A program made the translations under genes and the position numbers. The notes under the pieces were generated by a model. It was not told where the DNA came from. It made no database searches and worked only from the letters and a program-made list of their open reading frames with translations. Shown here piece after piece: positions 32,701 to 44,584 of a stretch of DNA of 64,000 nucleotides. Position 1 is the stretch's first letter, and each line of letters starts with the position of its first letter. Source of the DNA: Zancudomyces culisetae HAW-14-8 (taxonomy: Eukaryota; Fungi; Kickxellomycota); the NCBI GenBank assembly GCA_052426225.1, contig JBNJNM010000012.1:930001-994000 (forward strand). Reading direction: 5' to 3'.

Positions 32701-35700
32701 TGTAGCGGGACTGTTGCAAAGTCCAAAAGGCATAACGTTGTAACAGTACATTCCATCTCCTGGTAGAGCGAATGCTGTTTTGTGTTTATCTGCGGGATTC
32801 ATTTTGACCTGCCAAAACCCGCTCATAGCGTCCATTACGCTAAAAACCCCTGCATTCCCAAATGCCGCAAAGATATCATCAATTATTGGCAATGGGTACA
32901 GATCCTTGCGGGTAACTAAGTTAAGTTTACGGTAATCTGAGCAAATTCTCAACTTCCCGTTCTTCTTAGTTACCACCACTACTGGGGCGCACCAATCGGA
33001 CTGGCAGGGCTCAATTATGCCTTTCTCTGCCATTACCTCCAGTTCCCCTCGCACCTGCTCCCGTAGATGGTGCGGAATCCTGTAAGGGCGAACCTTCACC
33101 GGATTGGCGTCTCCAACCTCAATGCGGTGGTCCAAAACATCGGTCTGTTCTAGATCCATAAGATCAGTCACAAACAGATCCTTATTCTTTTCCAGCACAT
33201 TGAGGAGCCCCTGGGGTACTTCTGGTGCCACTTCAGATGTTGAAGTTGACACCTCCTTTGCTATCCCGTAGAGTTCGTACCCCGAATAATCTACGAGGTT
33301 GCTTTTCTTACTCGTAAAGAGTGTCAAAGCAATCTCCTTGTCGCCCTTGGGTAATATTAATTCTTTACCGCCCAAGTCGACCATAGCACCATGTTTAGTC
33401 AACCAGTCCATGCCTAAGACTAGCTGATTAATACCCCGCTCCATGACCAACAGATCTCCAGTAAAGATGTACCCAGCGATTCTGAAAGGTACACCCGAAA
33501 CTATTCCAAGTGTGGAATGTTTCGCCCCATCTGCTGTCACTATAGTGGGCGTATCCATAGTGTCTATTTCCAAACCCAGCATTTTTAGGAAGTCGTTGGT
33601 GACTACTGAGCAGGCTGCTCCAGTATCTAGGATAGCAACGTGGTATTCACCAAAGACGTCGATGTACGCTTTACAGTTTGTATAGCGACTACCTTCATCT
33701 TCAATGGCTCCCAACTCTTGCTCCTCCAACTTCTGGATGTATGTTAACATCCTCTTCCTAACCATTGGGGAAACCTTGAGGAGGTGGGCATAGTTTAACT
33801 TTGGTTGAATCCTGTTAAACTCTTCCTCAATGGAAAACTCCTTTATTGGGAGTTCTTCCTTGTCCCCAGGTGTCTGGCGAGTTTTCCCAGTCGCCGCACC
33901 TCTCTCGCGTACTATAGCGGCTTTATCAGCTAAGTAGCGTTTTGTTTTAGAGTTGGTTTCCGTCTGGAAAGAGAACCTGTCTTTCGCAGAGTTTCTCGGA
34001 ACCACTCGTATTGCCTGAGGTGGATTTTGGTCTTTTTCGACCTCCATACCAACCTCCCTAATCTCTCCGGTAACCTGTCCCGGAGGATTTTCTCCTGTCC
34101 TAACTCTACCCCTTACAGGGCCGTTGTCTGTTGGGGAGGGGCTTCTGGGCCTTTTCTCCACTCCAAACAACGCTTCCGCCTCTGAGTCGGACATCTCAGA
34201 GCATAGCTCAATACAGCCTAAGTCTTTCGACCCTCCAGCTGCTTCAGGACATTGTGTCCCATGGTGCCCAGGCTTTTTACACTTGAAGCACTCCAGGATT
34301 CTTGGCTTGAAGTCTCTCTGGGGTTTCCTATTGTTTCCCCCATGAGATTTGGCCTCAAGCTTTTCCATCCTGTCGAGAATGTTGAGTTGCAAACCTTGCA
34401 TATACTTCAACGTTCTCTGTAATTCCCCAGCAAAGTTTTCCTTCAGCGAAGTATCCGCTTTTGGAGGACTTTGCTCTTTCTTTTCTACCTTTGCGGGTGC
34501 TCTGGTTTTCTTTGGTGCCGAAAGATTCAGAGCCTTCTCGAGTTTTTCTTCCTCGAGGAGTTTCTCCTTAGCTTCCTTTACCTTAGTAATCCCAGCCTTA
34601 GAAAGAAGGACTTGATTCCTTTGGGTGAGTGCTCTCCGAAAGAGATTCATCCAAGTCTTCGAATCCTCCTTAATACCCGCAGCATTAGCCAAACTATCAA
34701 ACTCGGCTTCGAAAAGCTCAAAGTTTTTAAAGTTTGCTTGCCGCAAATCTATCAGGGTTTCCAATGCCGTTAACTCAGTTTCTTGAGTACCGAACTGCTC
34801 CAGGAATTTCTTGGAAGCGGCTTCCCAGGTTGTCAAAGTTGACAATTGCCTTTTAAACCACTTCTTGTCCTCCCCGGATAGGTACAGCTCAAGATACTTG
34901 AGTTTTTCTGCATCATTCCACCCATACATAGATGAAATTAAACCGTATGTATGCAACCAGTCCTCAACATCGGGACAGTTTGCGCTATCAAACGGAGTAA
35001 TTTCTGGACCCCCGCGGTTAGATATCACTTTTTTACCAGTGTTCCCAACCATTTTTTAGTAGTATAAACTAACTACTTTAATAATAGTTCTTCCCGTAAC
35101 TTGTTCGGAACTTTTAACTTTTTATATTTTTAATTGGGAGTTTTCTCGGAAAAATATCTCCGCAAAAGGAATAGTACCAATTTACTATTATTCCTAGACT
35201 TCTGCTAATTTTTCTGAGGTATAACTACCCAAAATTAATGTTTCCTGCAGGAAAAACTCCTGGTGAAACTTTTAATTAATATTAATTTTTTCGGTAACTT
35301 TAGTCGCTGACTAGTTACCTTTCGCACCCGAGAAACTGTGGTATTTCACCCAGAATGCTCCAGATATATTTTAATACTTATAAAATAATCCTTTAGCAGC
35401 TTAATTGCTGACTAGAGTGGTTATTGCGGGACTTCCCAAGTGTTTTGGTAGTTTCCCGGCAGAGCCCCCACTGTTGTAATTTTAGTTTGCAGAAAATTTC
35501 TCAGAAAATTTTCGCAACTAAACCTACAAAAAGTTCTGCTAATAGAGGGGGATTGTTACTGGAATAAGTTTTACTTTATTTAACCAGTCAACCCTACCTT
35601 TTTAGCTTATATTTAATTTAGTTTTATGTATTTATTACTTCAATAAATGCGATAAAACTGGGTAAAATTACGCCCAACTCCTAAAATTTGGTGTGCAAAA

Positions 35701-36161
35701 CAATTAATTTTGGTCCAAAAATTAGACTCTGATACCTTTCTGATACCCTTTGAAAATTGTGTTACGCTTCACTACCTATGTTTTTTTTTTGGTTTTAGGT
35801 AGGTTTTTGCTCAAATCACAAATTTCAATTTTATAGAGTAAAATCAAGTATTTTAGAGCTAATTTGTATTTTATTTAATGAATAACTTTTAAAAATAAAA
35901 AGATAAAACCACCAAACTTGTGGTGAGGTTACTAGTAATATACTAGTACCTGACTAGCTATTTTATTAGAACTTTATATAATAGAAACTTAAAATAAAAT
36001 AATCAAAACTTAATATTGACTCACTTTTTGGGTGATAATTTCACCCTAGTAATCCCAGATTACTAGCTCGAACACCCGAGATAACGGTGGTTATTCGGTG
36101 TTTGAGAAGCTGTATGCTGTTCATCCAATAGTTTAGCTTGGATAGAACTAAGCATACAACA
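29776..36161 (-). mobile_element. Full-length Ty3/Gypsy LTR retrotransposon (family B)
   Basis: LTRs 29776-30464 and 35472-36161 (~690 bp; two substitutions and one indel seen); PBS TGGGGGCTCTGCCGGGAA (35453-35470, tRNA-Pro-like); PPT GGGGGGGAGG; 8 bp from the tRNA-His 5' end; flanks GTGT / AATG do not form a TSD. Confidence 0.95.
30514..35052 (-). CDS. Intact Gag-Pol polyprotein, family B (1512 aa)
   Basis: CFKCKKPGHHGTQC, DTGA, FIDD, TDAS, DFVGP/SDRG/ERFH, GPY; single uninterrupted ORF. Confidence 0.95.
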   Translation of the reverse strand: MVGNTGKKVISNRGGPEITPFDSANCPDVEDWLHTYGLISSMYGWNDAEKLKYLELYLSGEDKKWFKRQLSTLTTWEAASKKFLEQFGTQETELTALETLIDLRQANFKNFELFEAEFDSLANAAGIKEDSKTWMNLFRRALTQRNQVLLSKAGITKVKEAKEKLLEEEKLEKALNLSAPKKTRAPAKVEKKEQSPPKADTSLKENFAGELQRTLKYMQGLQLNILDRMEKLEAKSHGGNNRKPQRDFKPRILECFKCKKPGHHGTQCPEAAGGSKDLGCIELCSEMSDSEAEALFGVEKRPRSPSPTDNGPVRGRVRTGENPPGQVTGEIREVGMEVEKDQNPPQAIRVVPRNSAKDRFSFQTETNSKTKRYLADKAAIVRERGAATGKTRQTPGDKEELPIKEFSIEEEFNRIQPKLNYAHLLKVSPMVRKRMLTYIQKLEEQELGAIEDEGSRYTNCKAYIDVFGEYHVAILDTGAACSVVTNDFLKMLGLEIDTMDTPTIVTADGAKHSTLGIVSGVPFRIAGYIFTGDLLVMERGINQLVLGMDWLTKHGAMVDLGGKELILPKGDKEIALTLFTSKKSNLVDYSGYELYGIAKEVSTSTSEVAPEVPQGLLNVLEKNKDLFVTDLMDLEQTDVLDHRIEVGDANPVKVRPYRIPHHLREQVRGELEVMAEKGIIEPCQSDWCAPVVVVTKKNGKLRICSDYRKLNLVTRKDLYPLPIIDDIFAAFGNAGVFSVMDAMSGFWQVKMNPADKHKTAFALPGDGMYCYNVMPFGLCNSPATFQKLMEKVLANVLWRCAIVFIDDIIVYSKTWEEHKGHLEEVFECLRKGKVQLHKDKCEFGKTEIRYLGHTIGKNGISTNEDKIVSINTLIDPRNVKEIQSFLGFTGYYRKFIPNYALVARPLTNLLKKDVSWEWSEECKEAVRELKRLLTQAPTLAHPNWDREFILTTDASGVGLGAILTQEINGEERPIAYASRTLNIHEANYAITHLEGLAVVWGIKKFKHYLWGKKFVVKTDHLALLKVFDTQDLNGRVARWAMFLREFDYEFQHVRGAVNPTDFLSRNPGITEEVAPGAEAEEVEIAAMGVLHHAAISNYLRDRTYPNRANDDFRKSLREKAKLFKLLDNKLCKVTKQFGIREVLHHENQKEKIREIHEEGHEGILYTLNRARNKYFGKGLREVVEEVVGECERCQKQDKGKFFREPLHPFLAMRPFEIMGIDFVGPINPIAKSGNKYVITAIDYLTKWPIAVAVPHATSEVVINFLFTKVVQEFGIPAQLMSDRGASFTSELSSKFYEEVGIHHTPTTVFRPQANGQVERFHRTFRNVLAKVSERNKEEWDTYIWKVLLVIRTMKNRSTDKSPAELLYGVKLQTPATWRPPAEVEDLEEEIIQRVNAIQVGIPEIRRLAVEKMAEANQVMKQRYDKQVTVYRFKEGDKVLRKVEQPSGKLEPYWEGPYTVTRVLRLGTYVIQDPAGHRDLVNGDRLKPYRQAEHMIPEITPGNIRSTLRRFKN

Positions 36162-36860
36162 AATGTTAAATTCAATTAAAAGTGAATTCTAACTGGTTCT
36201 ACTAGAGGGGTGGTTTCACTAGACTGGGTTTAACCCTTTTAACTAGTTACCACTTTCTAGTCATACATATAAATGGAACCGGAACATTTATATGGGTCAA
36301 AATTTGACAATTTATTTAAGATTCAAAATAATAACTTCTTAAATACTAAAATTTACTAGAAAAACTAATAAAATTACTAACTATAAAATTAACCAATAGT
36401 ATGCAAACATTCTATTTTGCATACAACAATGTCGTATGAATATATAGATGATAATGTATAGTAGGTTAATCTACTGTAAATCTCTATTATTCATACTGAT
36501 TGTCTGATTGTTGCAGATGCTTGCACATCTGTTTTCACCATTGTGGTTTTCCTTTGTGCAGCAACAATCAGACAATGGTTTACTTTATTACTATTAGGAT
36601 TTTATAATACTTTATATAACAAACTACTTAAATAGCGACGACAAGGTCTAAGGATACCTTGTTCGGGATTTTATACTCTTTCTTCTAGCGTTTATTATAC
36701 CAACGATAACTAAATAAAAGATTCTTAACTACAGTTAACTAGTTATTTTAGGAAGGTCCTGGACCAATTTTAAACATTAAGTAATAGTGATTACAGCTTC
36801 GTCGTACTGTAATACACTCAATATTTTTATACAATATACAATTTTTCATACGACAATAAT

Positions 36861-37114
36861 TGTTGTGTGTTGCCATGTTTAAGGTCCCATTTAGTGTTTT
36901 TTACACCAAATAACACACGGGACGGGTCATTTTACTTACCATTTACTATATGCTGCGAATTATTATATAGTACTTTGGATTTTGCAAAAGAGGACATTTA
37001 TTTAGTTAAACAAAAATTTCAATTTTATACAATAAAATCTACAAAAAATCTAACTAAAAATTACAAAACACAATTAACCAATGGAAATGTTTCGCCTATT
37101 GTAGGCATACAACA
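36861..37114. mobile_element. Solo LTR with 4-bp TSD, distantly related to the TRIM LTR
   Basis: TGTTGT...TACAACA, TSD TAAT on both sides; shares ACACGGGACGGGTCA and AGGACA motifs with the TRIM LTR. Confidence 0.82.
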
Positions 37115-37949
37115 TAATTGTGGCAACGAATTTGTATATTTATATAGTACTTCCGTTTATTTAATAGTTATGATGGTTTTTAGGGATTAAGTGGTGTAAA
37201 ATCTACTTGTGGCTACGATTAATGGGCTCACTTAATCCGTTATAATGATCTTAAAAAATATCTACTAATGGCTAAAAACTGCAAACTCTTAGTATATGTG
37301 TTTTTTTTCTAAAAAGATAAGATATGAACCTAAACTTACAATCGAAATTTCACACTAAAAAAACCTAACTAAAATTGTCAAAAAAAAAAAGAGTCCAATT
37401 TCTAAAATAATTTTGATTACGTATTTCCATTGAATTTCTTCAATTTCCATACCCTATTTTTATAAAGTATAAAATATTATACGACATGTATCGTATTAGT
37501 TTTTATAGTATATGTATGAACACTTTTTCCCACTGGGTTTTTCCCCTACATTCGTTTAATTCTTATATTAATATCGATAAATATTATTAACGCATTAATA
37601 TGTTTCAAATAAATCAGTGTAATTTATCATGCGGATAAATTACACCAAACCACGTGTGTTTAACACGGGTTAACGATGCTGTTTTGAGTAAACTGTTAAC
37701 ATGATAAGAAATAAATGGGTAGAAAAGATAAACAACGCATAAATTAATAAAACATGTTTGAACAACAGAAGGACATGTAGTGAGTTCAAAACAATGTTGA
37801 CATACTGAAAAACTATATAAACCCCAACTTTTCTTCACGCTTTAATAGAGAAGGTATCGAACTATTTAAATATCTGATTACTTTATATATAATAAATCTT
37901 TAACAAATAAATATTTACTAGTATTCAAAATAAAATAATACTACAGTTG

Positions 37950-38968
37950 TGTATTGTAGTGTTAATCTCTGCTCCTACTTGGTAACTTTCGCTACCAATT
38001 ACTTTTGTGTTAGGAACGGTATATTCAAGTATCCAAGGTTGGGGTGAATTATTACTTATCCTTGAGGTCGAGATGCTTTGTATTTAAGATATTATATAAT
38101 AGTTAATTAAAGGCATAATATTAAATTTAGCAATTAAGGAATAAGACATAATTACTCTAACTTCCATCGGCCGATGAATCGAGTCGGTTTTTATAGTTAT
38201 AATTCCTGGTACCGGTACTGGAATTTTATACTAATAGCTATTAGTATAAGTATATTGAATTGTAGAATATTCATACGTTATTTACCCTCGGCCTCAAATG
38301 GGAATATTCTAAGTGGAATATTGTGTTAAGCGACAAATTAACTATACGATTATTGTTTGTATGATAGATGCAAAAATCTGGCATGATCGAATGATACAGA
38401 ATTTAGCAGTGGAATCAGATATGATTTTGGGATGTTAGTTGAGGTCTACAAGGTAGGAGTGTATCGGTGGATACGGGAATTAGATTCGCATAACAATGCA
38501 ATTATAAAAAGTTGTTGGGTTGTGTCAGCATGATCATGCAGTCGAAATTGAAATTAACTTATGTCAGCATGATTATGCAGTCGTAATTGAAATTGGTTTA
38601 TGTCAGCTAGATTATGCTTACGTTTGGTAGAATTGAATTTAGAATTGGAAAGGTTCTAGATTGTTCTAGAATGTTCTGGAAGAATTTGGAAAAGGTGTCA
38701 TTTGGTAGTAGAGTTTTTATTGAAGTAAGAAGGTTTAGGGATCGATTCCAATGATGAACAATTATTTGTAACAATATTTGTGTTCATAACATTTCGGGAC
38801 GGGTCAATTTCTATAGTATGTAAATTTATTATACTATTTTTTATCTTTGGAATATTACAATTATTAATTAATTCAATTCATACATATTTATACTAATTCT
38901 ATAAAATACATAAATAAAACTAACAAATAAAATTGGGACAACACTTCAGTTTAGTTTATTATCCAACA
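37950..38968 (-). repeat. Old TRIM-family solo LTR split by a 784-bp nested LTR-like insert (38008-38791)
   Basis: Left part TCCTACTTGGTAACTTTCGCTACCAA and right part CGGGACGGGTCAATTTC...AATTGGGACAAC match the TRIM LTR; the insert has TGTTAGGAAC...GTTCATAACA ends and TTTTG/TTTCG flanks. Confidence 0.8.
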
Positions 38969-40239
38969 TGTCGTATAAAATTTAAAATTTTTCTACGTAT
39001 TAATTTATTGTGAATTTGAAGGTAAAATACAAAACACTGGATATTAGCTTTGCATAATCTAATATCCGTTATACTATTAATTAAATTGTTAACAATAAAT
39101 ATTACTAAAAGATAAAGTAATAAGGATCTGTTATTTTGCTCTCAATAAAATTTAAGGTTAATCGTATTGTGAGAATATTAATCGCTGATCCTAGATACTG
39201 TCATGAATATCATGCCATTGTAATACATACACGTGTTGTATTTAATTACTAAATTGCTGCGCTAATTACTCAAATATCTTCTGGGAAATATTATTTTGTT
39301 GATTGCTCAGTAGATTAGGTAATTTAGTAACGTGTTGAAATTACAAAATTTTGCTGCGCAATTTACACGTTTTACATTACTTATCAATTGATTAGTAATC
39401 AATCTAGAATTCTAACATTCTAGAATTTTCTATATAGTTATAACAATGTTTTTCATATTTTTTTATTAGTTTTGGATAAGTATATATAGCAATAGATTTT
39501 ATTGAAATAGAAGCTTCAGCAATAAAATATCTTCACAAGATATATACTACTTTATATAAATAAATAAAATAAATTTAATAATACTTAGTTGTCAGGTCCT
39601 GACAGTCGCTGACACAACTGAGATATATTATTTCTTAAGATTGTATATTATTAGTTTTTTTTATATAAATATACTGTATTAATACTAATTATTAAGTTTT
39701 ACTATACAAGATATTAATTGTAGTTTTAATATGGGTGGTTGAAATATTTAAAATTAAGTATATTATAATTTCACAAACATAATTTCGAAAGGGTTTCATT
39801 CTAATAAAAATTGATAGTTTTTGATATAAATCCAAACATATATTTCTTACATTTTCAATAACTACATATAGAAAAAATATCAAATTCATTTAAAACTAAT
39901 AACTAGCAGTGTAAATATTATTGATTATGTATCCTTATCGACTTCTAAAATTTATTAAGATATATATAAATATAAATACTAAATCATAAGAGACTAATTT
40001 TAGTCGTATAATCAAAATATGTAAAACGATATCTCTATATTACTTGTGTAGTTTTGTTTATGTAAAAAACATCAGAACTTGAAAAATATTAAGCAAAATA
40101 ATATTATTTATAATATCTTATACATTTTATTTACACCAATTATATAATTAAGTAAATAATAGTAATATTTATTAATTAATAAAATAGCCAAATACAAAAC
40201 TTATATACTAGATGTTTTCATAACACCTAACATCTTGTA

Positions 40240-42700
40240 CAAACGGTGATTATCTTATTCTTGCCGTCCGTAGTAGTATTTTTTTCCCATGTTTCTAGAC
40301 TCGCCTGGGCTTTTTTTTCCTTCCTCTATCAAAGCATTCTTTCGTTATATTTGTTTGATCCTGTTTAATAAAAGTTCCTCTGTCGACATGGGTGTTTTCC
40401 AATATATATTCTTCGACTACATGATAGTGTTCAGCTGGTAAAACTCAATTTTTCCCATAAACTAGTGTAAATGGTGGGAACCCTTAGTCCTTTTTGTTGT
40501 AATTCTGTCATCCCATAATGGCTTATGTAAATTATCAGTCCATTCGCTATTAGTTTCTAGACAGTAATTTTTAAGGAATTTACAAATGGTTGATGTCCTC
40601 GTTCGACCATTGTATTCAATTGTGGGTGATAGCTAGATGTTGGCCTTGCATTTAATCCATATTTTTGTAGCATATTTTTTATCTGTGAAGCTGCTATCTC
40701 TCCTCTACCACCTCTTATTGCTTTTACACACCCAAACCTAGAAATTATATTTTCATAAAAAAATCTGTTAACTTCGTTTGCACAGTTAGTATTTAGAGCT
40801 TTAGCTTCTATCCATCCTGACATGTCATCTCTTGCCACAATTAGTATCCTACATCCTTTTGATTAGGGCATAATTACACAGTCTACACCCCATACTTCAA
40901 ACAAATCTGCACCCGTCATCGGTGTTAACGGCTCTTCAACTCTTCGTGTCGAAGTAAACTGACATATCCTGCATAATTTACTATTTCTTCAGTATCCCTA
41001 TACATATTATTCCAGTAGTACTATTTCTTATTAAATCATAAGTATAATTTTTTTGATCTGTGTGTACCCGCAGTACCACAATGCACCTTCTTAATCGCTG
41101 CTACTTGCATATTTTTTTCTAGTAGAACCCGTTTTGGTACTTCCCCGGGCTTCTTTCGCTTAAACATTACTCCATCCATTATTAAAAACTCTTTTGCTAG
41201 GTTTCTTATTTTTTGTCGCTCCCTTATACTTTTTTAGGTAATTTTAAATTTTTTAAAAATTGTTCAACTTTTAACAGCTTCGGATCAACTTCATCCGTAA
41301 TTAAATGCCCAATTAATTTTATACTCTCGTCGGAGTCTTCACTTTTAGGATTGTGTTGTCTACAATTTTCTAGAGATACCGAATAAGTAACTACATTTTT
41401 TTCGCCTTTTATATACCTAATTTCAAAAATAAATACCTTAATGTAAGCTATCCACATACTTACAACAGCGTCAGGTATATCTGGATTATTGAGAATTGCG
41501 ATTACTGATCTTGCATCAGTTTCTAAAATGAACCCTGCTTCATATATGTAATTTTTAAATTTTTTAATCATTTTAAATATACTTCGTAACTCCCTCTTCT
41601 TCTGTCCATAACTTTTTTCTGTAGAATTATATATCATGCTTTCATATCTGCAAGCATACCTGTGATTATTGTCTTCTTGTTCTAAAACACCACCCACTCC
41701 GATCGGCTAGCATCTACAACTAGTATCATTATGTTATTCTTATTTATCGGTCTAATTACCAGATATGTATTTATAATTAGTTTTGCCTTTTCAAAACTTT
41801 CATATTGTACATCACCCCATTGAAACCTTTTTCCCATTCCTAGTAAGTTCAAACATTGGTTCCATTATTAGAGAGAAATTGTTATAAAAAATTTCTTTAA
41901 TATCCCACTATAGCTATAAATCCTCTACTTCTTTTAAGTTAGAAATCGTTTACCAATTATTATTTCGTTTACATTGCTAGCAAGAGGTTGGCGACCCTGT
42001 TCGTCACATCTAAAACCTACAATGTCAATACTTTTTTTTCCAAACTTTGATTTTTCCAATGAAATTGTTAAACCTGCCTTTAATATCTCCTTTAGCATTT
42101 CCTTGCAATCCATTATGTGGTCGTATACAAATCTTCTTACACCAGGTAGAACTATACTTTCATCTTTAAACTTTGATCCTTTGATGCCTCCGTTGTCGAT
42201 AATAATATTTTATTTGTCAGGAATATACTTATATTTCACCTTAACGATAACCATTTGAAATATAGCTACAGAGTTTGTAGTATCAATAGGTAGCATGGTC
42301 GTTTTGATCAGGACTAAGGAATATTGAAAGATTACATGTCTCTTGTCAATTAATCGAGCGGTATCTGGTCGTACCCTGAATAAAATCAAATACAGTGTAT
42401 ATCACCTGCCCAGCAAACGAGTCCGCAAACACATCAGTGAGAGGGGCTAGCCGACCATTTTAACGTCAAGCGATTCGCAAGTTGTATATTCCGAATAAAT
42501 ATTAGTTTATCTTCATTCTTTAAATCAAAATTACCAGATATCATAACTCGAACTGCCGGAATCAAAAACACTGCCGCTATCTTAGTCTTGAGAAGTGTAT
42601 TAACCCGATAATTTAAAGTTAATTGAAATGGTATTAGAGTTAATGATAATGATTTATGTTCCACTACAAACATCTTAATAGGTGGAACTACCGTGCTATA
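40240..42700 (-). pseudogene. Decayed Ty3/Gypsy pol relic (RT, RNase H, integrase) of another lineage
   Basis: Fragments GGVLEQ...RYES...KRELRSI...FILETDA (RNase H) and ARDDMSGWIEAKAL...TSSYHPQLNTMVERGH (integrase); many disruptions; no LTRs resolved. Confidence 0.75.
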
Positions 42701-44584
42701 CTGTAGATCAAATCGGAGACACTTGATGTATATACTTTTTTAACTCTTATCAATTCTCTTATAATGTTATCGATTTAACTGTAAAAAATCTGAAACAATT
42801 ATACGGATGATGTACAAATTAATAGTATAATTATAATATTTGTAATCCGAGAAACCAAAATTTAACTAGAAGATTCATGCATATAAATTATTAGTTGTGT
42901 GTTAACTGGTTTCACCTATTTTCACACCCATATAACTGTTATTGCTAGAATCGCCTGTTTCCGTGGCCCGTAATACTAAAACGATAGAGCTCTAAGTCAG
43001 CTTTACATATATTTTTAACTTTGTTCAACTTGTCTCAATGTCATGAATCCATGTTACAGTTTTCATGTACATCATGTATAAAAATTTCGATAATTATATA
43101 CTTTATCCTATTAATTTAGTAATTATATAAATATTTTGCAATATTAATACACACATTGTTAAACATTAATTTTTAAACACAAACATGTATATTTAGTGTA
43201 TTCATAATATATTAAATAGCATTTATTTGATAATCAACTTAATATCGATATTAAAATTATAGAATAATTAGGAGTTGTAATATTGGATTAATATTATATA
43301 TTCATATACATTGTTATGAAATAATAATTGTATTTATTGTTTTAAAATCAATCCTTATTAATGCGATATTATTATATTATAAAATTAAATACTTAATATT
43401 ATGGACATAATCAATGAACATCTTCTGTTGATTCCCATAATATTCTAAATATTTAATGTATATATTGTTAGGTTTTATTAGAGTTTATAGATAATACATA
43501 TTTTGAAGATTTTAACTTCCTAAATGAAGAGAATATTTTTCACTGCCTCTTCCATCGACATTTTTGTCGGGGTTTAAATACTTGAAAGGAAAGGTGAAAA
43601 TTAAGACAAAATATTTCATGTGCATGAAGTTAATTAACATTATGTGATTTTCAGGATGTTAATCACATCCAGACATATACATATGTCTTAATCCCGTTGG
43701 GAATTTTTCTCCTAGACCTTAATGTGATTAATCACGTTAACATGAGCGTTACTAATTTTGTGATTGTAACGTTGCGTGTTCATGTTACAATTAAATTATT
43801 AATAAAATAAATTATTAATTAAAACTATTTAAGCTAAATTGTAATAACTAATTCATATCATAATACAATAATCTATGAATACAATAAATATTTATTCATT
43901 ACCATTGAAAAACAATACATTACTAAATACTATTAAATTTACATTAAATTAATTTGTGGTTAAATTGAGTATTTCATCAATATTTAATATCATAATAAAA
44001 ATTAAGTTTTAAAATTATATATATAATGAATTTTAATGTGGAATTCTATAAAAACCTGGTTAAGTTATTGTCGCATATTTTTACCTCACTCGAAATATTT
44101 TATATACCATTTTATTTACCACACAATAATCAACTAAAGTAAATTAACGTTGATCATAAATACAACAATACTATTTAGTCAATTGAAAAAAATTTAATAA
44201 TCAAAGAAAAATTATAAAACGAAAAATACAATTAAAAAAGATTATAGAAAATCAACATTCAAATATATGAACAATATGAATACGAAAACGATGAAAAAAC
44301 GAAACCACACGATACAACTCAGTATATTACGTAGAAACATAGGTTATTTGAATTAGCTTTTAGTAGGTTAAACGATATAGTATATATATATAAGCGAAGG
44401 AAGACTCAATGAGGATTCCTAAGCTCTTTTAGTAGTTTTAAGAAACAAGTTAAAAATAAGGAAATAAAGAAAACAGTTAAACAACAAAGTACTCGTTTAA
44501 ACAAGGCTGTATGTTTATAAAGTTTAATAGTGCTACGGCTAAATATGTAAAAGAACATATAATTAAAACATTACTAAAATCTCA

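Larger units (their letters stand above)
36164..39620. repeat. Array of about 8-9 abutting solo LTRs from different families
   Basis: TGT...ACA units separated by 0-5 bp: ~36164-36428, 36430-36855, 36861-37114, 37119-37486, ~37487-37945, 37950-38968 (split by 38008-38791), 38969-~39231, ~39234-39618. Distal boundaries are less certain. Confidence 0.75.
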
